Positions 30,433 to 40,726 are shown, counted from the stretch's first letter. The stretch is 64,000 nt of DNA from Candidatus Eiseniibacteriota bacterium (GCA_963792585.1 CAWBWI010000003.1:384001-448000), one strand, 5' to 3'. Notes: generated from the letters alone by a model not told the origin. Numbers and translations are program-made.

Positions 30433-31158
30433 ATGAGGAAGGTCGCCCTTGTCCTTGTCCTGAGCTTCGTCGCCACAGGCGGCGCGCTCGCCATCAACCC
30501 GAGCCTGAGTGCGGGGGGTGGCGGCAGCCCGAACGTCCTCAACTCCGGCCGATACGTCATCTGGAGTGAGCCGCCTGACCTCGAAGGTCTGATCGCCTCG
30601 TCGGAAGTCATCGGGCAATTCGCCCTCGAGACGGAAATCGCCAACGACTTCTACGTCCCCTGGGATACCTGTGTTGGTCTCGCTCGCTGGTGGGGAGGCT
30701 ACTACAATAACGCCGGTTGCGGTGACATCGGTGTCGCTACGAACTGGAACCTCCGATTCTACGATGACGGTGGCTGCGTTCCGTTGTCGATCCTGTCCGA
30801 GACGGTGGGGGTCTTCGCGAACGAGACCTTCATCTACTGCCAGGGCGGGTTCTATCCGGTCTACCAGTACGAAACCGCCGCAGTATACGTCGCCGTCACG
30901 GCGAACACGCTGTACTGGTTCGGCGCGCAGGCATCGGATCACGCGTTTCCGCCGCAGGTGGGCCGTATCGCTTCTGCATCGGTCGTCGGTTGCGACACGG
31001 TGTTCAAGAGTGCCTACTTCTCGTATCCCGACTGGACGCCTGGCATCGACGTGTTCGGTGTCGCCTTCGATGCCAGTCAGGAATTCGAGAACTACAATTG
31101 CGGCATAGTTCCAACTCAGAAGACCACGTGGGGCGCCGTGAAGGGGCTCTACCGGTAG
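30433..31158 (+). CDS. Secreted tandem paralog 6
   Basis: Same family; ATA at 31105. Confidence 0.9.
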   Translation: MRKVALVLVLSFVATGGALAINPSLSAGGGGSPNVLNSGRYVIWSEPPDLEGLIASSEVIGQFALETEIANDFYVPWDTCVGLARWWGGYYNNAGCGDIGVATNWNLRFYDDGGCVPLSILSETVGVFANETFIYCQGGFYPVYQYETAAVYVAVTANTLYWFGAQASDHAFPPQVGRIASASVVGCDTVFKSAYFSYPDWTPGIDVFGVAFDASQEFENYNCGIVPTQKTTWGAVKGLYR

Positions 31159-31462
31159 GTCGGGCGAATGGAGAGGTCCGCTGTGGCGCAGCGGACTTCA
31201 GGTGGCACACAGAGAGTTTGGTGGCGTTGGGGCGTCCCTGTCGTTGTGACGGGGGCGCTTCATACGTCCAGCCGCCACAGGCTTCGTTGGACATCGGCCA
31301 CACAGGAGCAGATACTCGTGGGCGGCGAATCCCTGCGGCTCTCGGGCCGGGGGATCCGACGGACTGCTGGTCGAGGGAGTCCGCCTCCCACCGACCGTCG
31401 GTCCGGCCATGGACCTGCTCGTCGTTGGGTCTCGTGACAGCCGAAAGGAGGGAATCCTCGCC

Positions 31463-32179
31463 ATGAGGAAGGTCGCCCTTGTCCTTGTCCTGAGCTTCGT
31501 CGCCACAGGCGGCGCGCTCGCCGTCAACCCGAGCCTCATGGCCGGTGGGGGGGGCACGCAGAACGTCCTCAACTCCGGCCGAGATACCTACTGGAGTGAG
31601 CCGCCCGATCTGGAGGGTCTGATCGCGTCCTCGGAAGTCATCGGGCAGTTCGGCCTCGAGACGGAAATCGCAAACGACTTCTATCTCACCCAGAACGCCA
31701 CTGTCTGGGCCGTCTGGTGGGGTGGGTACTACAACAACAATGGTTGTGGCGACATCGGTGTTGCAACGAACTGGAATCTTCGGTACTACGACGACGGTGG
31801 CTGTGTTCCGCTGAACACGGTTTCCGAAGGTCTCGGCGCGTATGCGAACGAGAACTTCGTCTATTGTCAGGGCGGGTTCTACCCGATCTTCCGGTACACG
31901 GCCGACGTCTGCTGCGCGGTTCTCGCGAATACGCTGTACTGGTTCGGCGCGCAGGCAGCCGATCACGCGTTCCCGCCTCAGGTCGGCCGCGTAGCCTCTG
32001 CCGGAGTCGTCGGCTGCGACTCCGTGTTCAAGAGCGCCTACTTCTCGTACCCCGACTGGACGCCCGGCATCGACGTGTTCGGCGTTGCCTTCGATGCGAG
32101 TCAGGAGTTTGAACTGGGCATATGCGGGATCGCGACCCAGAAGACCACGTGGGGCGCCGTGAAGGGGCTCTACCGGTAG
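31463..32179 (+). CDS. Secreted tandem paralog 7
   Basis: Same family; ATA at 32120. Confidence 0.9.
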   Translation: MRKVALVLVLSFVATGGALAVNPSLMAGGGGTQNVLNSGRDTYWSEPPDLEGLIASSEVIGQFGLETEIANDFYLTQNATVWAVWWGGYYNNNGCGDIGVATNWNLRYYDDGGCVPLNTVSEGLGAYANENFVYCQGGFYPIFRYTADVCCAVLANTLYWFGAQAADHAFPPQVGRVASAGVVGCDSVFKSAYFSYPDWTPGIDVFGVAFDASQEFELGICGIATQKTTWGAVKGLYR

Positions 32180-32374
32180 GTCCGGCGAATAGAGAGGTCC
32201 GCTGTGGCGCGGCGGGCTTCAGGTGGCACAAAGAGACTCGGGTGGCAGGCGAGCGCTTCCGTCATTCCGGCGGGAGCGCTTTCCACATCCGCCCGGCACC
32301 ATCGCGCTCGGTGAAAACTGTGGAGTTGCGTCGTGACATCGTGCGACCCTTGGGCTCGAAGAGGGTGGATTCAC

Positions 32375-33271
32375 GTGAGACCCAAGCATCTCGGCCGCGC
32401 GATCTCCGTTGCGATCGCGATCGCAATTCTGGCGTCCGCACTCGCCATAGCCGGCGACCTACAGGACATCCAATCGATCCCACAAGACCTGATCACGCCC
32501 GCCATGACGAATGGACCGGCGGCGGCCGGAGTGCGGCTAAAGGAGACGACGCCCGGTTGGGAGGAGACCGCGGTCTATCATGCCATCTACCTCCCGAGAA
32601 ACTGGAAGGCAGGGGCCCCCTACCCGGTGATCTTCGAATATGGCGGCAACGGTGGCTTTCACGACGCGTTCGGCGATACCTGCGATGGCACGGTCGAGGG
32701 CTGCAATCTGGGGTACGGGCTGTCCGCCGGTCTCGACTACATCTGGGTTTGTCTTCCGTTCGTGGAGTCGAGGGACGGGAAGCAGACCAACGCCCGCCAG
32801 TGGTGGGGAGATCCCACCGAGACGATCCGTTACTGCCTGGCCACGGCGCGATACGTCTGCGCGACCTACGGGGGGGACGATCGGCGGCTAGTCCTGTGTG
32901 GCTTTTCCCGCGGAGCCATCGCCTGCAACTACATCGGGCTTCGAGACAGCACGATCGCGCCCATATGGAAGGCTTTCCTCTGTCATTCTCACTATGATGG
33001 GGTCCTGCGGTGGCCCTATGCGGACTCGGACCGCGGCGCAGCGATCACACGGCTCCAGCGATTGGCCGGCAGGCCGCAGTTCATCAGTGCCGAAGGCACC
33101 CTTGACGGTACGCGAAGATTCATCGAGGCATCCGGCGTCCGCGCGCCGTTCACGTTCGTGGAGTTTCCCTACCGCAATCACACCGATTCATGGGCTCTAC
33201 GGGATTGCGAACTGCGTCGCGCGGCCCGCGCGTGGCTCGGTGAAGTCACACGTACGAGCCTTGCAAAGTAG
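32375..33271 (+). CDS. Secreted alpha/beta-hydrolase-like protein
   Basis: Signal peptide, YLP.NW...YPVIFE, GFSRG nucleophile elbow, C-terminal His (RNHTD); start uncertain. Confidence 0.7.
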   Translation: MRPKHLGRAISVAIAIAILASALAIAGDLQDIQSIPQDLITPAMTNGPAAAGVRLKETTPGWEETAVYHAIYLPRNWKAGAPYPVIFEYGGNGGFHDAFGDTCDGTVEGCNLGYGLSAGLDYIWVCLPFVESRDGKQTNARQWWGDPTETIRYCLATARYVCATYGGDDRRLVLCGFSRGAIACNYIGLRDSTIAPIWKAFLCHSHYDGVLRWPYADSDRGAAITRLQRLAGRPQFISAEGTLDGTRRFIEASGVRAPFTFVEFPYRNHTDSWALRDCELRRAARAWLGEVTRTSLAK

Positions 33272-33427
33272 GCCCCGGCGGCACCGACACGGCCGAGAGG
33301 CCCGGCGGCGACGGATCACGCCCCGGAGAATCGTCCACCGATTCGACGAATCGATTCGGGGTCCACGGCGCCCCGTGCGGGTGATCCCGCCTGCGATCGC
33401 CATGGAGCCCCGGTCGCATCTCGATCC

Positions 33428-33970
33428 TTATCGAATCAAGACGAGCGTCCGTCTCTCGACCGCCGCTCCGGCTTGGATACGGAAGAGATAGATTCCGCTC
33501 GGGACTCTACGGCCTCTGTCGTCGGTTCCGTTCCAGTGAACCGTGTAGTGCCCCGGGCCCAGCATTCCCTGAGCAAGGTGACGAACCTCGCGGCCCGTGG
33601 AATCGTGGACTCTCGCCTCGACCGGACGCGCTTCAGGAAGATCGATTGTCACGGCCGTCGTCCATCGGAACGGATTCGGCACACCTGCGGATACGGAGAA
33701 TGGGGTAGGGAGGACGGCAGTCTCCTCTTCGACCCCCGAAACGAAGCCGCCGCCCATCCAGAAGCCGCCGGCAAGGGTCAGGGTCCCACTGCTCGATAGC
33801 CCCGCATCCGGCTGCCCGATCGTTCCGGAGAGACGGAGGCTTGCACCGCCGGCGCTCGTTGTCCCGCCGCCGTCGATCGTCCACCAGGGAATCGCTAGGC
33901 TGGCGCCCGCCTGAACCGCGGTCGCGACGCTTACAGTCGCCGTCAGAAGAAGCCGCAAATAGCCGCGCAT
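33428..33970 (-). CDS. Small secreted protein with a FlgD-Ig-like C-terminal domain
   Basis: WWTIDGGG...GTIGQPDAG...GGFW module followed by PNPF...WNG.D..G..VPSGIY. Confidence 0.8.
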   Translation of the reverse strand: MRGYLRLLLTATVSVATAVQAGASLAIPWWTIDGGGTTSAGGASLRLSGTIGQPDAGLSSSGTLTLAGGFWMGGGFVSGVEEETAVLPTPFSVSAGVPNPFRWTTAVTIDLPEARPVEARVHDSTGREVRHLAQGMLGPGHYTVHWNGTDDRGRRVPSGIYLFRIQAGAAVERRTLVLIR

Positions 33971-33980
33971 CCCGCACCTC

Positions 33981-35516
33981 CTAGTAGAACGCGACCTGTC
34001 CGCCGGCGTTGATGCGGAAGGTCCCGTCGAACATGAGCATCCGCCTCTCCCCTCCGGGATCGCCGTTCATGAAGAGGCGCGTGTTGCCGGACGCTCCGCC
34101 CCGGAACTCGATCTTGTCCGTGGGGGTCGTGCCGGTGTTCGTGATCAGGAAACCAGGCATCAGAATCTGAAGCCAGTGTCCCTGCTCGAAAATGGCCCCG
34201 TCGGTGTACACATCGCGGTTGAAGTATCGCCATGTGCTTCCGTCCGATGTGTAGGTTCCGCTCGGTTCGGAGTTGAGGACGCAATACGGCCGCACTCCAC
34301 GTAGCATCGTGTCGTCCGGGTCGCCGGTGATGTCATCCGGCGAGTACCAGGCATCATGGGTTCCGTTCCACCCGTAGACCACGTGGATCTGGCGCCAATC
34401 CACACCGCCGATGTTCTCGATTCTCCAGCCGTCGCCGACGACCATGTGATCCGGGATACCGATCCCTGCGGGACGGTTGGCATCGAACTCCGCTTGATAG
34501 AGCTCGTACCAACGATCGAACGTATAGTCGGAACGATCGAGAACCTGGCAGCCATCGTGGATGAAGAAGTGCGTCTCCATGGCTTCCTCGCAGTCCTCCA
34601 TGTAGGCGCTGGAGCCACTGCAGCCGTAGTCCATCGAAACCGACATGCCCATCTCCCGGGAGATCTCGGCGACGGCGTCGATCTGAGCCTGCGTGACCGG
34701 AGTGCCGTTCTCGTCCGTGAACCAACCCGCGCCGTCGTACACATACTTGTTCAACATGTTCGGCCAGTCGTACGGATCTTCGTAGTCCGGGGCGTTCGTC
34801 CCGGCGGGGGGCCAGTTGTGGTGCCGCAGCATCTGCGCCATCGCCGTGGCGACGCATCCGGCCCAGCCATTCGCGTTGAAGTGGTCGAAGGTCTCCCAAG
34901 AACATCCCCTGTCGGGGCAGTCATCGTTGTACGGAGGCGATTGATCCCAGGTCGACAGGAGCATGGTCTCCCCTTCCTGGTAGTCCATCCCCGCGGAGCG
35001 GTTCTTGCGCACTTGCCGATACGAGGTTGGGTCGAAGGCGGGGTCGGCCAAGGCAGACCACGAGTCGCGGTACGATCGTTCCAGAATGGGACGAAGGTCG
35101 TCCGTTGGTGCGATCGCTCGCCCGAGCTTCGCCTCGATCGCGGTGTACTTCCCTTCGAGCTTCGCGCGGAAGAAGGCGGCCATCCCTCCATTCTCCGACG
35201 GATCGAAGTCGGAGCGGTTCGAGTAGGCATGAACAGGCATCATGTCGACGTGCAGGGCGACGAGGATGTAGCCGGTCGGTTCGACGTGGCAGAACCAACC
35301 CATGTCCCGGGTCGTCCCCCGAAACGGCTCGACGGAGAGCACGCTGGCCTCGTCGAACCGGCCCCAGGCGCCGTCGCGAGCGATCGTGAGCCGGATGTAG
35401 TTTTCCGCGACGCGTCTCGCGGTTTCCGGCGTCACGGTCTGTGCGTTGGCCGTCGTGATGGAGCCGAGCAAAATCGCCGCCCAGGCGAGATGGATCATCG
35501 ACTTCAGGCGCTTCAT
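33981..35516 (-). CDS. C10 (streptopain/SpeB-like) cysteine peptidase with a prodomain
   Basis: WDQSPPYN, GCVATAMAQ (catalytic Cys), DHMVVGDG (His), HVVYGW. Confidence 0.85.
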   Translation of the reverse strand: MKRLKSMIHLAWAAILLGSITTANAQTVTPETARRVAENYIRLTIARDGAWGRFDEASVLSVEPFRGTTRDMGWFCHVEPTGYILVALHVDMMPVHAYSNRSDFDPSENGGMAAFFRAKLEGKYTAIEAKLGRAIAPTDDLRPILERSYRDSWSALADPAFDPTSYRQVRKNRSAGMDYQEGETMLLSTWDQSPPYNDDCPDRGCSWETFDHFNANGWAGCVATAMAQMLRHHNWPPAGTNAPDYEDPYDWPNMLNKYVYDGAGWFTDENGTPVTQAQIDAVAEISREMGMSVSMDYGCSGSSAYMEDCEEAMETHFFIHDGCQVLDRSDYTFDRWYELYQAEFDANRPAGIGIPDHMVVGDGWRIENIGGVDWRQIHVVYGWNGTHDAWYSPDDITGDPDDTMLRGVRPYCVLNSEPSGTYTSDGSTWRYFNRDVYTDGAIFEQGHWLQILMPGFLITNTGTTPTDKIEFRGGASGNTRLFMNGDPGGERRMLMFDGTFRINAGGQVAFY

Positions 35517-35528
35517 CGTCCCATCCCC

Positions 35529-37754
35529 CTACTGGAGGGTCACGAGGACGAGGATCTGCCCCTTCATCCCCTTCGCCAGCGGCTCCATCGCCTTACCCAG
35601 GATCGCACCGCGCGAGCGGTCCGCGTCACGAACCTTCATCGCATGGCCCGGAACGGTGGACGTCGTGAGCAGGTCTCCCGGACGGATCTCTTCATCGAGG
35701 GCGACGACGTTGCAGTAAACGCGTCCCGCGAGGGCGACGTCGTGATCGAACTGGCCCGCGCCGAGGCGCACGCCGGAGCCGAGCGCGTTGGCCCCCGCGA
35801 CGATCCCAGCCACCTTGCTGTCGTAGGGATGCCGGCTGCATGCGAGACGGCCGGGATTGTCCGGGTCGATCACCAGCACGGTGCCGGGGGCGACGGCGTC
35901 CTGACCATCGACGACATCGAAGCCCTCGGCGTAGTCCAGCCCCTTGCCCAGCTCGATCACCTTGTTCGTCGTGCCGTGCTCGTAGATCTCCACGTTCCCG
36001 TAGAACTGGGCCGACTTCCATCCCCCGCTGGCGATGAGGCCCACGCCGGCGCTGCTATTGGCGGCTGCGTGCACCGCCACCCCGCTCAGCCCCGTCGCCA
36101 ATGCAAAGACCGACTTCCCATTGGCTCCTTCCGTCTCGGCGTAGAGTGCCGTCGCATCGCTCCCATCCGCTTCGGCATGAACGCCGACACCCGAGGGGCT
36201 GCTCGAGCCGAACCATCCTCCCCGTGAATTGCTGGACGACCCCACGTTCGAGGCCCATCCCTTCACACCGTAGCCTCCGAGCTTGGAGCACGTGATCGAC
36301 GCTCCGCCGGTGCCGCTTCCATTACAGGTGATCGCGGGGCTGACCGTGCCCGAGTAGGTCACATGAACCGCGCTCTGGTAATCGCTGTAAGCCAGGATCG
36401 CGTGGCTCGGAGTCCCCGTGGCCACGAACTCGCCGGCGGCGTTGCCTTCGCTCCCCCCCGACCCGTCGATCCTCGCGTAGACGGCGGAGCTGTTTGTGGT
36501 CGTGCCGTGGTTGGTGATCGAGAATGCCGGCGTCGATGAGGTGATCTCGCCGGTGTACGGAAGATCGAAGCCGCCACCGCTCCCCGTCGGCTCCTGCCAG
36601 GTTCCATTGCCGGCGGCATCCGTCGTCAGCACGTAGCCCGCAGTGGCGTTGACCGGGATCTGGAGGCCGTTCGTCCGGATAGTGCCCAGGACCTGAAGCT
36701 TCTGGCTTGGCGCCGCGGTGCCGATCCCGATGTTCCCCGACGTCGACTCATACACGACCGAGTTGCCCAGCGCCGTCGTGCCTGTGAACTTCGGCAGGTA
36801 GCTCGCCGTCCCACTCCCGCCGATGCCGCCGGCGGAAGGAGCTTGCCACGTCCCGATTCCATTGGCGTCCGAGGTGAGGACGTACCCCACCTGGGGTCCG
36901 GTCGAGATCTGGAGCCCCGTTGCCTTGACCGTCCCCGCCACGTCGAGCGGGGTCGTGGGGTTCGCGACCCCGATCCCGAGAGCACCGCTAAAATAACCGC
37001 GGCCCGAGAAGTATCCGGCAAACCCCGTTGCCGAGTTTGTCTCTCCGTAGACGCCGACCGCGTTTCCGCTCGAGGCGGTGTTCGCCCCATAGATCCCGAA
37101 TCCGTTGGGGGACCGCGACCAGCCGAAGACGCCCCGCACGGCTCCGGACGTCTGCCCCGCATAGCCTTGAACGCCGCGACCGTCGGACGAGACGGCCTCA
37201 CCGTAGACGCCGATCTTCGTTCCGCTGCCATCGCGATTGATGGCCGAGATCGAGCGGTCCGCACCCGTCGCATCCACCACCAGGGGATATGACGGAGAGT
37301 CCGTCCCGATTCCGACTTTCCCGGTCAAGAAATAGGTGTTCACTCCGTTCATCAGCCATGGCGAATCCCCTCCGTGGAGGGCGTACTGGGCGACCGGTGA
37401 TGCCGTCACCAACTGCCGTGGGGCCAGCCTCTCGAATGTCGTCCCGCCCGTTACATCCACCTCGATCTCGAGCCAGCGACGTTCCTCGGCGAAGGCCGTT
37501 TCCCCGAAGTCGACGAGAGCGGTGAAGATGCCGCCACGGATCTCGACGGGATACACGGTCTGAGGTGACCCGACGAGGTTGCCACCCGTCTCGCCGTCAT
37601 AGAGCCGAAAGACGAAGCGGGCCGAGCCGGCGTCGACTCCGACCCCATTGTTCTCCAACTTGCCCTGATAGGTGAATTCGCTCGCGCCGGCAACGCCTGC
37701 AATCAGCAGGGCGAAGAGGACAGCGAGAAAGAAACGGTTCGCGTGTCTCGACAT
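35529..37754 (-). CDS. Secreted Gly-rich fibre/adhesin-like protein
   Basis: N-terminal FTYQG.L module, VGIGT and GYVLT.DA.G..TWQ repeats, GVYG repeats, C-terminal DYAE...ALAGRV...PGDLLTTS..PG.AMK domain. Confidence 0.75.
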   Translation of the reverse strand: MSRHANRFFLAVLFALLIAGVAGASEFTYQGKLENNGVGVDAGSARFVFRLYDGETGGNLVGSPQTVYPVEIRGGIFTALVDFGETAFAEERRWLEIEVDVTGGTTFERLAPRQLVTASPVAQYALHGGDSPWLMNGVNTYFLTGKVGIGTDSPSYPLVVDATGADRSISAINRDGSGTKIGVYGEAVSSDGRGVQGYAGQTSGAVRGVFGWSRSPNGFGIYGANTASSGNAVGVYGETNSATGFAGYFSGRGYFSGALGIGVANPTTPLDVAGTVKATGLQISTGPQVGYVLTSDANGIGTWQAPSAGGIGGSGTASYLPKFTGTTALGNSVVYESTSGNIGIGTAAPSQKLQVLGTIRTNGLQIPVNATAGYVLTTDAAGNGTWQEPTGSGGGFDLPYTGEITSSTPAFSITNHGTTTNSSAVYARIDGSGGSEGNAAGEFVATGTPSHAILAYSDYQSAVHVTYSGTVSPAITCNGSGTGGASITCSKLGGYGVKGWASNVGSSSNSRGGWFGSSSPSGVGVHAEADGSDATALYAETEGANGKSVFALATGLSGVAVHAAANSSAGVGLIASGGWKSAQFYGNVEIYEHGTTNKVIELGKGLDYAEGFDVVDGQDAVAPGTVLVIDPDNPGRLACSRHPYDSKVAGIVAGANALGSGVRLGAGQFDHDVALAGRVYCNVVALDEEIRPGDLLTTSTVPGHAMKVRDADRSRGAILGKAMEPLAKGMKGQILVLVTLQ

Positions 37755-37930
37755 GGCAGTCACCTCCATCCGGGGCCGCCTCCGGAAAACGGTCGGCGGG
37801 ATGCCCGGCTCCGGAAGGTTGGAACCGCGGACAGGGAGAAAATCACGTTGCGGCTAAGGAAATTCGTCCGAATGTGCGGCGGGCCGGGGCGGAAGACGCG
37901 GGCAATCGAAGCCAGAACGTGAGTGGGCGC

Positions 37931-40708
37931 CTATCTGCGGGCCCGACGCCGGCGTTCAAAGAGAAGAATGAGCATCCCTGCGCCCCCGATCAGGACCAGA
38001 CCGGCGGACCGCACAAAGCCCCGGTCGAAGCGAGGACGCAGCGCGAAGCTCGCGTCCCCTTCCCCGACCACCACGAAGCCCGCCCAGTAGAACGGGATTC
38101 GCGTCGCCGGATCCGCCCGAATCGCCCCCTTGGCCGATGCGAGGGCTGCTGCCACGGGATCCCCCCGGGCGAGCCGCTCGTAGAACCGCTCCATCAGCGC
38201 TTCCGTTGTCCGGTCATCGACGGCCCAAAGGGTCGCAACGACGCTGGGGACTCCGGCGCTCATGAAAGCGCTCGTCACCCCGATCACTCCCTCGCCCGAG
38301 ACGACGCGACCGCTCGCCGAGGAACAACTGGACAGGACGGCAAGCCTCGCCGGGAGTTCGAGGGTGGCGATGCGCGCAGCACTCGGATTCGCGGGGGCGC
38401 CTCGGGGCCCAAGTCGTATCTCCGAGCGCCAGGGACTGGCATCGTCCAGGAACAGGTGGGCCGCGATGTGGATCACTTCAGCGGGGTGGGGAAGAGCGGG
38501 GACCGAGTCGCCCAACTCTCCGGCCGTCCGCACTTCCACGCCCCGATATCTCCACCCGAGATTGCGCGCCTCCTGAAGACTTCCGTGGAGGATCTCGCCC
38601 GCCGCCGATTTCCCGCCCGCGATGACCAGAACCGTGGCGGGGTCGGAAGCTACCCTCCTTGGAGCCGCGCGCAGCTCCGCGAGGATGCTGGCGGAGGGAA
38701 TGCGCACCCAGGCCGGCACCCCCGAGCGGTCGGCGTCTCGTGGCGGGGAATCGAGATGCCGGTAGATCTCCTCGAGCGGGAGAAGGGCCAGGAGCCCATC
38801 TGCAGAAACCATGACGGTTTCTCGGTCTCGGATCATCGAGTCGACCTCGCCGAAGAGGGTCTGCGCAAGTCGCTGCGCGGCACGGTCGAGCGGGACAGCA
38901 TCGGCGCTTTCGCGACGAGAGGAAGGAGGGCGCGATACGAGTTGGTAGTAGGAGAGCAGTGTCTCCTGCAACGCTGGCGCCGGGGGCAAGCGAACCGCCC
39001 GCAATGTATCGCTCGCCAGCGCGAAGAGATATGACGACTCCGGGCCCAGATAGTAGTCGAGGATGATCTCTCCGGGCCGGAGGATTCGCTCCTGGATCTC
39101 CGTCGCCGCGATGATCCTCCCACAGGTCGGTTCCTCATTCGACTCCGGTTCCCCCGGTCCCAACATCCGCTCCAGCAGGGTGCGCGCTTTGAATGCCTGC
39201 AGCCTGTCGAAGGCCGCACGGGCGCCGCACCCGGCCTCTCCTGCAGGACAATCCTCGATGAGAAGCGAGGCGAGATCCGAATACACAACCTGGCCCAGAA
39301 CTCCCCGCTGTTCGCGCCATAGCGGGTCCAGTGGAACCCCGCGCTGTTCTTCCCACCCGTCGGCCGCGGCGAGGAACCACTTCCGGGCTTCCGCCGGTCG
39401 GTCCATCGCCCGGCAGGCCCGACCGGCATCCGCCATTGCCTCGACCTTCTGGGGGAGCTGTCCGAATCGTTCCGCCGCCTCTGCGCCGAGCTCGGCTTGT
39501 CGCAAGGCCTCATCGAAGCGTCCCAGGGCCAGGAGCGCCTGCGTCATGAGAATGCGCAAGGCGGGGATGAGGACGCGCTCCTCTTCGCCCGCGAGGAGCC
39601 CGGCGGCTTCTTCGAGCAATGGAAGGGCGTCCGTCGGGTTGCCGGACTTCAGGAGCACCTCGGCAAGCCCCGTCAGCGCATTGACGTGGTTCCGAAGCGA
39701 CAGAGCCTCGCCACGGCGAAGGATCTCGCGGTACCGCGTCGCCGACTCATGCAGAAGCCCTCGACGCTCGCTCAGCTTCGCCCTGTGGATCCCTACGACC
39801 ACCGCAAGGCTCTGGTATTCCCGCTCTCGGCAGAGCTGGAGTGCTTCCCCGAGAACGCTCTCCGCCTCTGCGTATTGCTCCAGAGTGCTATGGCACAAGG
39901 CAATGTTGATGGAGGGGGAGATGGTCTCGCTGAGCGAACCCGACTTCCGGTGGATCGCCAGCGCCCGCTCGAACATGCCGAGGGCGACACCCGGATCTCC
40001 AAGGGAGAAATTCAATCGTCGCGAGGTCGTTGATGGCGTTCGCCTCCGCGATCGGATCGCCGCGCGCGCGTCCGAGGTCCGCCGCACGCCGGTAGCATGT
40101 CATCGCGGCCTTGGGCATTCCACGCGAGGTCAATGCACGGCCGAGGCCGGAAAGGGCCCAGATCTCCCCATCGGAGTCGCCGCATTCGTGAAAAGGGGAA
40201 GCGCGGCCCGATAGTGAGCGACCGCCTCCTCTCCTCGTCCCTCCTGGCCGGCGAACCAGGCCAGGCCGATTCGGGCCCATCCCTGGTGGCGAAGATCGCC
40301 GATTCGGGTCGAAAGAACGAGAAGGGAATCGTACAGGCGCCTGGACTCCTCGACTCGACCCTGGATGCCGATCACGAGCCCGAGCCAGCGGAGGGCCGCG
40401 ACGGCCCGGGAGGAATCACCGGCGGCGAACGCCATTGCCGTTGCCTCGCGGAGGTCGCGCTCTCCCTCCACGACTCGGCCGAAGAATCGATTCTGCTGGC
40501 CCGCCCTCGTGAGGAGATCGATCTGGAGTGCGGTATCGCCCGATGCGCGTGCCTCCTTCAAGAGGCTTCGCGTCAGGACGGCTGCGGAATCACGGATACC
40601 AGAACTCCAGAGAGAATCCAGGCGGGCGAGACGCGGGTTCTCTCCATGGGCGATCGACGGGATGACCAGGGCCAGCAGGATGGCTGCAAAAGGAGGTCGG
40701 AGGGTCAT
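37931..40708 (-). pseudogene. TPR plus CHAT (caspase-like) domain protein with two compensating frameshifts (about 40190 and 40010)
   Basis: CHAT motifs IHIAAH, VLSSCSS, VVATLWAVDD, PFYWAGF. The N- and C-terminal ORFs share a frame, but the TPR sequence between them runs in another frame. Confidence 0.75.
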
Positions 40709-40726
40709 CGACGATTCCCGGAATCC

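Larger units (their letters stand above)
25290..32285 (+). repeat. Tandem array of seven ~1.02-kb gene-plus-intergenic units
   Basis: Stop codons at 26029, 27047, 28079, 29098, 30129, 31158 and 32179 (period 1018-1032 nt). About 110 nt after each stop is shared by all copies; the full ~303-nt spacer is near-identical in four. Confidence 0.95.

Noticed and set aside
25307..32179. Diversity-generating retroelement behind the paralog variation
   Set aside because: No reverse transcriptase is in the window and the differences are not confined to adenines.
25994..32285. Repeats read as a CRISPR array or an integron cassette array
   Set aside because: The period is about 1 kb and the intervening sequences are paralogous genes. 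There are no cas genes, no integrase and no attC RYYYAAC/GTTRRRY ends.
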